Part shown: piece after piece, positions 24,840 through 32,000 of the stretch
Position numbering within the stretch: position 1 is the stretch's first letter
How the letters are laid out: each line of letters begins with the position of its first letter
NCBI RefSeq assembly: GCF_018398935.1
Contig: NZ_CP074694.1
Location: 150,001 to 182,000, forward strand
Source: Telmatocola sphagniphila
GTDB lineage: Bacteria; Planctomycetota; Planctomycetia; Gemmatales; Gemmataceae
Length of the DNA stretch: 32,000 nt
Direction: 5' to 3'
The notes under the pieces: model-generated
What the model was told of the DNA's origin: nothing
The model's database searches: none
What the model saw: only the letters and a program-made list of their open reading frames with translations
Made by a program: the position numbers and the translations under genes

Positions 24840-25727
24840 CTATTTGCTCACCTTAAGATACTTGTCGAAGAACTCTTTCGACTTACGCGAATTCTCCGGC
24901 GTCAGAACACGTGCGTCATGACCGACACCAGGTACCACTACCAACTCTGCGGGCACTCCCCCTCTTTTTAGGGCTTTGTAGAGAAGTTCGCTCTGGCTGA
25001 CGGGAACCAAAGGGTCCTGGTCGCCGTGCAGAATCAGAAATGGAGCATCATCTTTTGTGATGTGAGAAATCGGGTTGGCCAATCGGGCCAGATCTTTTTT
25101 TTCCTTCACCGATCCGCCGAGTAACCGGCTAATCGGATTGTCGTTACTCAGAAGCGGAGAAGTCAGTGCCTCGAGATCGGTCGGACCGAACCAATCGATA
25201 ACCGCCTGAACGCGTGAGGACTCTTTGGGAAACTTGCCGACTTTGCCTTCCAGTTCCTTCACATCTCCTGTGGTTCCCAGCAAGGCCACCAGGTGTCCGC
25301 CAGCGGAAGCTCCGATCGCCCCGAAATGATCCTTGTCGAGATTGAATTTCGTGGCGTTGCCGCGAAGATAGCGAACCGCGGCCTTGCAATCCTCGATCTG
25401 GGCCGGGAAAACGGCCTGCTTGCTATAGCGGTAGTTGATGCAGGCGACCGCATAACCTTCTTTCAGTAGAGGGTTTACGGGATTATTGCCTTCCTTGCTT
25501 CCTGCTTCCCAACCGCCGCCATGCACCCAGATCACGAGGGGGGTCGGCTTAGCGCTGGCGGGGGGAAGGAAAAGGTCCAGTTTTTCGCGTTCGTGATCAC
25601 CGTAAGCCAGATTCTTTTCCGATTTGGCTTCGCGGCCGGAAGCGTTAGCTTTCGGACTGGATTCTTGTGCGGAACAAAAGGCATTTAACAGAGCTAACGC
25701 ACAGCAAGTTATCAGATAACGGGACAT
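24840..25727 (-). CDS. Secreted alpha/beta hydrolase, carboxylesterase/lipase type
   Basis: It has a signal-like N-terminus, an HGGG oxyanion motif (VHGGGW), a GxSxG nucleophile (GASAGG), and downstream Asp and His contexts (HGDQDPLVP, GVGHD). Confidence 0.8.
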   Translation of the reverse strand: MSRYLITCCALALLNAFCSAQESSPKANASGREAKSEKNLAYGDHEREKLDLFLPPASAKPTPLVIWVHGGGWEAGSKEGNNPVNPLLKEGYAVACINYRYSKQAVFPAQIEDCKAAVRYLRGNATKFNLDKDHFGAIGASAGGHLVALLGTTGDVKELEGKVGKFPKESSRVQAVIDWFGPTDLEALTSPLLSNDNPISRLLGGSVKEKKDLARLANPISHITKDDAPFLILHGDQDPLVPVSQSELLYKALKRGGVPAELVVVPGVGHDARVLTPENSRKSKEFFDKYLKVSK

Positions 25728-25944
25728 CGACTCACCTCGAATTTAGGAGACAATTCATTATTAGAGCACTTTCGAAAATCTTGTGGAAAATTCGAGGAAA
25801 ATCGAGACTCCCCGCTGGATCCAAAAGCAAAACCTGGATGGAATTTGGAGGGGATTCTTGAGATAATTTACTGCCAGGAATAGGGGTATCGTACTGGCTG
25901 ATTCCGCTAAAGAAGTGTTTGAAAATATTCGGGAATTCAACTTA

Positions 25945-25998
25945 AAGGTCATCAAAATCGCATTTCCTACTATCTAAAAAATGATGATCTGATGACCT
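25945..25998. repeat. 54-bp palindrome-ended repeat, copy 2
   Basis: It matches 16238-16291 at 49 of 54 positions. It lies about 180 bp upstream of the 26181 start codon. Confidence 0.75.
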
Positions 25999-26180
25999 CT
26001 CTAGGGGAACGACTGACACCTCAAGATTAAAAATAGATGAAATCCATCGCGGGAGAGGTAAGGGGCTATAAATTCCCGATGCGACTTTTCGAGCGAGTTC
26101 AAAAAGGGTAATGGACAAATCCCCCGTCAACTGCCAAAATGCTCGTAATCGTAATACAAGGCTCCTGCGGAGAATTTCCA

Positions 26181-27056
26181 ATGAAATGGCGTATCGGCAT
26201 GCTCTGCCTGGCCGCGTTCGGTTTCCTCGGCCTGGCCACCGCACAAGATCCCAAGAAAACGGAACAAGCAAAGAAAGATGCTCCGAAAACCGAGCAGAAA
26301 ACCGAAGCCGGTAAAGAAGCCAAAATCAAAGTGTTGGTCTCGCCCGATGCTTCAGTGGAATTGCGAATCGATGGCCAATTAACCCGCTCCACCGGGGATG
26401 TCCGCGAGTTCGTCACCCCGAAACTCGATCCCACCAAAAAATATTCCTACAAGTTCTCTGCTCTCATCGAACCCAATAATTACACCAAAATTACTCGCAA
26501 TCGGGAAATTGAATTCAAAGCGGGCGACGATGTCCTGGTCGATCTGCGCACGAAACTTCCGACCGATGAGGAAGATGTCAAAATCCGTTGGGTCCCCACT
26601 CCAGATGATATCTGCGAAGAAATGGCCAAGCTTGCCAAGATCGGCAAAGACGATGTGGTTTACGATTTAGGCTGTGGCGATGCCATCACCATCCGTACGG
26701 CCGTCAAGAAATTCGGGGCTAAGAAGGGCATAGGTGTCGATATCGATCCCGATCGCATCAAGGATGCCAAGAAAGCGGCCAAGGACGACGGTATCGCCGA
26801 TAAGATCGAAATCCGCGAAGGGGATATTCTGAAGCTCAAGCCGCTCGACGATGCCAACGTGGTGATGATCTACATGTCCGATTACATGATGGATCAACTG
26901 CAGCCGCTGTTTGAAAAGCTCAAACCCGGCAGCCGGATAGTCTCGCATCGATTCGTCATGGCGAAATGGAAAGCGGATAAATCAATCACCGTCACCGGTA
27001 AGGACGGCGATGAATACAATCTCCACCTGTGGATCGTTCCCGAAAAGAAAAAATAA
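26181..27056 (+). CDS. Exported TIGR03000-like domain fused to a class I SAM-dependent methyltransferase (paralogue 1)
   Basis: The signal peptide is MKWRIGMLCLAAFGFLGLATAQDP. The TIGR03000-like segment reads KIKVLVSPDASVELRIDGQLTRSTGDVREFVTP..KKYSYKF. The MTase part has VPTPDD...VVYDLGCGDA (motif I) and later IEIREGDIL. Confidence 0.75.
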   Translation: MKWRIGMLCLAAFGFLGLATAQDPKKTEQAKKDAPKTEQKTEAGKEAKIKVLVSPDASVELRIDGQLTRSTGDVREFVTPKLDPTKKYSYKFSALIEPNNYTKITRNREIEFKAGDDVLVDLRTKLPTDEEDVKIRWVPTPDDICEEMAKLAKIGKDDVVYDLGCGDAITIRTAVKKFGAKKGIGVDIDPDRIKDAKKAAKDDGIADKIEIREGDILKLKPLDDANVVMIYMSDYMMDQLQPLFEKLKPGSRIVSHRFVMAKWKADKSITVTGKDGDEYNLHLWIVPEKKK

Positions 27057-27098
27057 TCCCGTACGATCGCCCGCATTTTACTTCATCGAGAAATTATC

Positions 27099-27956
27099 AT
27101 GAGTCGGTACGTCGCATTACTGGTCTTCCCACTGGTGTTTTTATGTTCTTCCGGGATCTCGGCGCAGGATAAAAAGGCTCCACCCTCACCGCCCGATCCG
27201 CCGACCAAGGCGGAAATGAAGGTCAGCAAGATCCAGGTGATCGTGCCGCCGAACGCCGATGTGGAACTGAGTATCGACGGAAAGAAACTTCGCACCACCG
27301 GTGACGTTCGCGAATTTAAAACTCCCGCTCTGGAAGCCGGCAAAAAATACGAGTATCTGATCGAAGCATTGATCGTTCCCAACAACTACACCAAGATCCG
27401 CCGTCCCCGGAAGGTCACTTTCAAAGCTGGCGAAGATCTGACCATCGACATGACCAAGGAAGATAAAGCGGTCGACAAGATCGAGGTTCGCTGGGTTCCC
27501 ACGCCGGACGATATCGTCGATGAGATGGCCAAGATCGCCAAAGTGACTAAAGACGACGTGGTATACGATCTCGGCTGTGGCGACGGCATCATGTTGATCC
27601 GATCGGTTAAGGTGATGGGGGCAAAGCGAGGTGTCGGCATCGAACTGAAGGAAGATATTGTCAAGCAGGCTAAGGAACGCGTCGAAAAGGAAGGCTTGAA
27701 GGATAAGATCGAAATTCGCCAGGGCGATATTCTGGATGTGAAAGACATGTCGGACGCCAGCGTGGTGATGCTATACATCGGTGATGATTTGGGAGCTCGA
27801 TTGGAGCCGGTGCTCCGTAAGACCCTGAAGCCCGGAGCCCGTGTTGTCTCCCACCGCTTTCTGTTAGGCGGCTGGAAACCCGATAAGACCGTTACCGTTC
27901 AGGGCAAAGACGGCGATGAATATACGATTCATCTCTGGGAAGTGCCGGCCAAGTAG
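27099..27956 (+). CDS. Exported TIGR03000-like domain fused to a class I SAM-dependent methyltransferase (paralogue 2)
   Basis: It has the same architecture as 26181-27056 and is roughly 60 percent identical by eye. The signal peptide is MSRYVALLVFPLVFLCSSGISAQD, and motif I reads VVYDLGCGDG. Confidence 0.75.
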   Translation: MSRYVALLVFPLVFLCSSGISAQDKKAPPSPPDPPTKAEMKVSKIQVIVPPNADVELSIDGKKLRTTGDVREFKTPALEAGKKYEYLIEALIVPNNYTKIRRPRKVTFKAGEDLTIDMTKEDKAVDKIEVRWVPTPDDIVDEMAKIAKVTKDDVVYDLGCGDGIMLIRSVKVMGAKRGVGIELKEDIVKQAKERVEKEGLKDKIEIRQGDILDVKDMSDASVVMLYIGDDLGARLEPVLRKTLKPGARVVSHRFLLGGWKPDKTVTVQGKDGDEYTIHLWEVPAK

Positions 27957-27966
27957 CCAAATCCTG

Positions 27967-27990
27967 CCGGCCCCGATATCGCGGGGTCGG
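27967..27990. terminator. GC-rich hairpin between convergent genes
   Basis: The stem is ccggccccg / cggggtcgg (one G-U pair) with a short loop. It lies between the stops at 27956 (+) and 28023 (-). Confidence 0.4.
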
Positions 27991-28022
27991 TAACACTTCT
28001 CGGTTCTGCGCAGCTCGTTTGC

Positions 28023-28835
28023 TTACTTCTTCAGGACTTCGGGTTTGAAATCGTCTTTTCCGAGTTTCTGATTCGTTTTCACATCATTGAAAAAGTAAGA
28101 GCCGATCAGATTGCCATTCGCCGTCAGTATGGAACCGGTCTGTAACCAGGTTTCTTTGTCGATGTAGATCGTCAGATCGGTCATGCCATCTTCTTCCGGC
28201 GGATTCACCATACGATGAATGACATAGCAGGGTCGGTTTTCAAGTTCGGGAATCGGTCGCTCGCCAAGGAATTCCACATTCAATAAGCCGGCCTGCTGAG
28301 CGGCTTTCCAGGCCGCGTAAGTTCGCTCCTGCCCCTTGGCGATGCCGAACTCGAAGACCGAGTAGCGGGAAGCATCCTTCACATCGGGATGCGACGGAGA
28401 GCGGGAGACGGTCTTCTTGATAAACCCCAGAAGTTTAGGGAGGACGATCAGTTCGTCGTTATTTTCGCCCTGTACAAAGAGGCTGGAGATGGCTTTAGAA
28501 TCGCCGGCTTCCCACTTCATGAGCACGCTATAGGGTTTTTCGCGATAAGCACAGCGGATGATTTCCACAGGCCGAACTTTGCCGCCCAGCCGTTCCTGTT
28601 TGGTCATCACGCAGGTGTAATCCTGAACTTCCGCGCGGTAACGGGCTAGCCCCGCCGCCAGCGCGCGCACGATGTCGGTCTGAACGAGTCTCTCGAACTG
28701 TTCGGGCGAGGGGCGGCCAGCCATGTCGGGTGTGAGTGCAACGATCCCGTTCGCGCTCGGCAGACCGAGGGCTTCCGACTCATTCCGAGGCGCGAAACAC
28801 AGGCATATAGGGAGCAATAATAACAGTCTTTTCAT
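28023..28835 (-). CDS. Exported DUF1571-like (LolA-like fold) protein
   Basis: The start is taken at MKRLLLLLPICLCF (signal). The block YTCVMTKQERLGGKV..EIIRCAYREKPYSVLMKWE matches my recollection of DUF1571 proteins in planctomycetes. Confidence 0.5.
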   Translation of the reverse strand: MKRLLLLLPICLCFAPRNESEALGLPSANGIVALTPDMAGRPSPEQFERLVQTDIVRALAAGLARYRAEVQDYTCVMTKQERLGGKVRPVEIIRCAYREKPYSVLMKWEAGDSKAISSLFVQGENNDELIVLPKLLGFIKKTVSRSPSHPDVKDASRYSVFEFGIAKGQERTYAAWKAAQQAGLLNVEFLGERPIPELENRPCYVIHRMVNPPEEDGMTDLTIYIDKETWLQTGSILTANGNLIGSYFFNDVKTNQKLGKDDFKPEVLKK

Positions 28836-29054
28836 CCAGCCGATTCCTGGCAGGGATTTCGAATGATCTGTCAATGTAAATGTTTTAGCAAGTTGAGGCA
28901 AGTGAATGCTCCCTGCGCAGATTCGGCAGCTTTCCAGGCTTATCGGGTCGTTATTTATTGTGTCTTCAGTTGCAGGTGGGGAAATTCCGATAATTTAGGA
29001 AGCGAAACGTCGGATATTGCGCCTGGTCGAACTCTTCCACTCAAGGACGTGGCG

Positions 29055-30152
29055 ATGCAATGGAGAGTAATCTGCACGAGTATCGTAGCCAGTCTGCTCG
29101 TTCCGCAGCTCGTTTCTGCTCAGGAACCCATCCCAATTAATTCTCTTCAACAGGGATCGTACACCGAGTTTTTGCAGTCGCCCGATCAGTTGCCGACATT
29201 GCTCCCTCCAGTTCGAACGCCGGATTCTACCCCGGCCACGCCTGCGATTACCAATCCGAACGCTCCCGACCTGAAGAACTTCGACCGCAATCGGTTTTAT
29301 CTGCCCGACGCCAACCCGGGAGTCCGCCAACCGCCTTGTCCTTGCCTGCCACTCGGATCTTCCTGGATCTCGGCCGAATATTTGTATGGCATCATTCAGA
29401 AAGAACGCTGGCCGGACGCGAACGGAGCGACCGGAACCGAACAGAATTTTCAACCCGGCCTGCGAATTAACATGGGTCTGTTTCTCGATCGCTGTCAGAC
29501 CGGCGGACTCGATGGCACGCTATTCTTTCTCGGCGAATCGAACACTTCCCTAACGACTCCTGTGGGTAGGCAAGTATTCCTGCTTCAGAGCGACCGGTTG
29601 AATCTTAACGGCGGCGAAGCGAACTGGAGAAAAAATCTCTTCTGCGAAGATGATCGCCGGTACGACTTGCTCGTCGGCTATCGATACTTGCATTTGGGCG
29701 AAACTTACACTTCGGCGTTCTCTGGAACCGACATGCTGCCAATTCCAGTCAGTTCTTTGGGATCGGCGAAGGCGGATAATGATCTGCACCTGGCCCAAAT
29801 TGGCTGGATCGGGGAATGGCGTCGCGGAATGTGGTACCTCGATGTTACGGCTAAGATCGGGCTTGGAGAAAACATCGAAACACTCGATTTTCAGAACCTG
29901 AACTCACCCATCGTCCGGAACACAGGACTACGCAGCAGCCACGCTCATTTTGTGGCTGTACCAGAAGCCGGTTTGAAGTTGGGTTGTCAGTTAACGGATT
30001 ATTGTCGGGCGTACGTCGGATACCAATTCACTTACGCCAGTGAGGTTGCTCGACCACGTACCTATATCGAGCGAACATTGCAGGGCGATACTAAACCCAC
30101 GACCGACTTCTGGATGCAGGGAATCGAATTGGGCTTTGAAGCTCGATTCTAG
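29055..30152 (+). CDS. BBP7-like outer-membrane beta-barrel protein
   Basis: The start is taken at MQWRVICTSIVASLLVPQLVSAQEP (signal). It has a WISAEYLYG motif, alternating-pattern strands, and a C-terminal ...GFEARF ending in an aromatic residue. Confidence 0.55.
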   Translation: MQWRVICTSIVASLLVPQLVSAQEPIPINSLQQGSYTEFLQSPDQLPTLLPPVRTPDSTPATPAITNPNAPDLKNFDRNRFYLPDANPGVRQPPCPCLPLGSSWISAEYLYGIIQKERWPDANGATGTEQNFQPGLRINMGLFLDRCQTGGLDGTLFFLGESNTSLTTPVGRQVFLLQSDRLNLNGGEANWRKNLFCEDDRRYDLLVGYRYLHLGETYTSAFSGTDMLPIPVSSLGSAKADNDLHLAQIGWIGEWRRGMWYLDVTAKIGLGENIETLDFQNLNSPIVRNTGLRSSHAHFVAVPEAGLKLGCQLTDYCRAYVGYQFTYASEVARPRTYIERTLQGDTKPTTDFWMQGIELGFEARF

Positions 30153-30158
30153 CAGGGC

Positions 30159-30455
30159 TTACAATTTTCGAACGACGCTGTTCTCATCGATAGCGATGCT
30201 GGAGTATTCGCCGTTTTCTTTAACGAAATGCAGCATGGGAACCACGATATCGTCTTCGGGAACACGCTGCGTCGCCAGTCCCGTAGCCAGATAGTTCAGC
30301 TGGCGAAAAGTTCCCTTGACGTGCGTCTGCCACTGGCGGGAACCGACTCGCACCGTTTGGACCACTTCGATTTGCTGGCCCGCTTTTAGGGATGTCAACA
30401 ACTCGGCCTGATCGGGATCCAGTTTCTTCGTTGGAAGTTTGACTTCAGTGCTCAT
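30159..30455 (-). CDS. Small hypothetical protein translationally coupled to ilvN
   Basis: 98-aa ORF whose start overlaps the ilvN stop (30452-30455). I recognised no motif. Confidence 0.5.
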   Translation of the reverse strand: MSTEVKLPTKKLDPDQAELLTSLKAGQQIEVVQTVRVGSRQWQTHVKGTFRQLNYLATGLATQRVPEDDIVVPMLHFVKENGEYSSIAIDENSVVRKL

Positions 30456-30949
30456 TCCGATTCTTTCCCAACAGAGTTCCCACGAGCCAGTGCAATGCGG
30501 CCCGTTCGTGCCAGTTCATAAATGCCGTAAGGGCGCATCATCTCGATAAAGGCGTTGATTTTCGATTCCTGCCCGCTGATCTCGATCATCAGCGTATCGT
30601 GGGTGATGTCGACCACCCGGCCGCGAAACATCTCGACGAGCAGGGAGATTTCCGAGCGCTGCTGAGCACTCGATTTCACTTTAATCAGCATCAAGTCGCG
30701 CTCGACATGCTCCTCTGAGGAGATGTCGACAACTTTAACGACGGTGACAATCTTGTCCAGTTGCTTGCGAACCTGTTCGAGGACATTATCGTCGCCGCGG
30801 ATGACGAAGGTCATTCTCGACAGATCGTGCGTTTCCGTTTCACCGACGGCCATACTGTCGATGTTGTAACCCCGGGAAGCAAGCATTCCCGAAATATGGG
30901 CCAGTACACCCGGTTGATTCTGAACCAGTGCGGACAAAATGTGACGCAT
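30452..30949 (-). CDS. ilvN: Acetolactate synthase small (regulatory) subunit
   Basis: It has an ACT-domain N-terminus (MRHILSALVQNQPGVLAHISGMLASRGYNIDSMAVGETE) and a typical length of 165 aa. The start is taken at MRHIL (30949). Confidence 0.9.
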   Translation of the reverse strand: MRHILSALVQNQPGVLAHISGMLASRGYNIDSMAVGETETHDLSRMTFVIRGDDNVLEQVRKQLDKIVTVVKVVDISSEEHVERDLMLIKVKSSAQQRSEISLLVEMFRGRVVDITHDTLMIEISGQESKINAFIEMMRPYGIYELARTGRIALARGNSVGKESE

Positions 30950-31156
30950 TCTTTGCAATTCCTTTTCCCGTTTCTGAAATGATATAAATGTCATCCTCTA
31001 AGGCGAGTCGAATGCCTTCGAACGGCAGGCGGGCTTGAGGGGAAGATTTCCGCCAGACGAGAAAGGTTCGGTAAATGAAGAAAAGTTTCTTCAGGGCGAC
31101 GTTTTGTAAGTTAACTGGCGGGCAGTTAATCCATTTGCCGGGTATCGACTCGATTT

Positions 31157-32000
31157 TTATTCCGCCAACTGGAGTTCGGTGCGGGAACTCTTTGCCTGTT
31201 CGGTTCCACCACGATAAACTTTATTGATTCGTTCGCGGTTCAACGCCAGGGCTTTGTCGAACCTGCTCAACTTCATACCTTCCAAATTCACATCGTGGCT
31301 GGCGAGATTGTTCACGATATCCACATCGAGTTTCATTTCATAGTCGAGCTTTTTTCGCATCACACCGCGGAACGGCCAGATGCCGCCGTGAATGGGCAGT
31401 GGCCAGAAGGACTTGGCGTAAGACCAGGTCGTCACCCGAGTCAGATTCTCATCGACCGGAGTGTAGAACATGAACAATCGCCACTGCACTTTGCTCTTCT
31501 TCGTCGGATCCTTGGGGTCGCTCCACCAGTGATCGTAGATGGTATACAAAGGCGAAAAGTGGGTGGTCCAATCGTCGTTGAACACCCAGCCTTTTTTTAT
31601 CCCAACCAGTACATTGAGAAGCCTGCCCAGGCGTTTGGGGGGGCCCTGATTGATGACGCGAACGGTATTCTCTGTTTGTTCAAAACGGACAGTCACATCC
31701 CGCATGCGATCGAGTTCGTAGCCGAAAACGTCGTGCGTTGTCGGCGTGTGCTCGATCTCGCAGAAGTTATCCATCGAAACTTCCAGCGGGGCGTGAATCG
31801 TGTGCTCCAAGGTGCACATGTGGAACCAACCCGGCATCGAAATTTCCGGGAATTTCGGATTAGATTCTTTCGATTTGACCCAGATCATTCCGTTCGCTTC
31901 GCGAGCTTCGAAATTGGAAGCGCACGCCTGAAGTTTTGGCGTACCTGGGCTTTCCCCCTGGCCATCACATCCGAATGTCCAGCCATGGTACCGGCACATC
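31157..32000 (-). CDS. Rieske [2Fe-2S] oxygenase alpha-subunit-like protein, 5'-truncated by the window edge
   Basis: The visible N-terminal part contains the second half of a Rieske motif (CRYHGW), followed by a catalytic-domain-sized region. The ORF runs off the window end. Confidence 0.65.
   Translation of the reverse strand, partial: MCRYHGWTFGCDGQGESPGTPKLQACASNFEAREANGMIWVKSKESNPKFPEISMPGWFHMCTLEHTIHAPLEVSMDNFCEIEHTPTTHDVFGYELDRMRDVTVRFEQTENTVRVINQGPPKRLGRLLNVLVGIKKGWVFNDDWTTHFSPLYTIYDHWWSDPKDPTKKSKVQWRLFMFYTPVDENLTRVTTWSYAKSFWPLPIHGGIWPFRGVMRKKLDYEMKLDVDIVNNLASHDVNLEGMKLSRFDKALALNRERINKVYRGGTEQAKSSRTELQLAE

Overview
This window looks like chromosomal DNA from a Planctomycetota-type genome. 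The evidence is two exported TIGR03000-like domain proteins, a BBP7-like beta-barrel and a DUF1571-like protein, all assigned by eye from motifs. The flanks are ordinary: di-haem cytochrome c, hydrolases, an S1C protease, an AraC/SRPBCC pair, trxA, an MFS transporter, a radical SAM protein, an esterase, ilvN and a Rieske oxygenase fragment. The tract from about 8.7 to 18.2 kb is accessory DNA that ends at the 3' end of a tRNA-Glu(UUC) gene. The most interesting feature in it is a translationally coupled five-gene cassette (9307-12961) with its own promoter. It encodes an RHH protein, a GNAT-like protein, an ImmA/IrrE-type HExxH peptidase, an unknown 213-aa protein and an unknown 396-aa protein with a tandemly duplicated zinc-ribbon module. 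The cassette is bracketed by two copies of a roughly 290-310-bp hairpin-rich composite repeat, which I call X-Y-X. The downstream copy is interrupted by a compact, endonuclease-less group II intron inserted 3 nt after a perfect 8-bp hairpin. I regard the cassette as a candidate undescribed toxin-antitoxin or defence-type module, but I could not run any homology search. Other mobile DNA includes a complete IS66-family element with a 9-bp target duplication, inserted in the last codons of the di-haem gene. There is also a complete ISL3-family element with an 8-bp target duplication, whose transposase is split at an in-phase A_AAA_AAA slippery run. Other items are a 54-bp palindrome-ended repeat at two distant loci, a short paralogue carrying an in-frame TAA, and a tandem pair of signal-peptide-bearing TIGR03000-methyltransferase fusions. 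All functional calls rest on motif recognition in the supplied translations.
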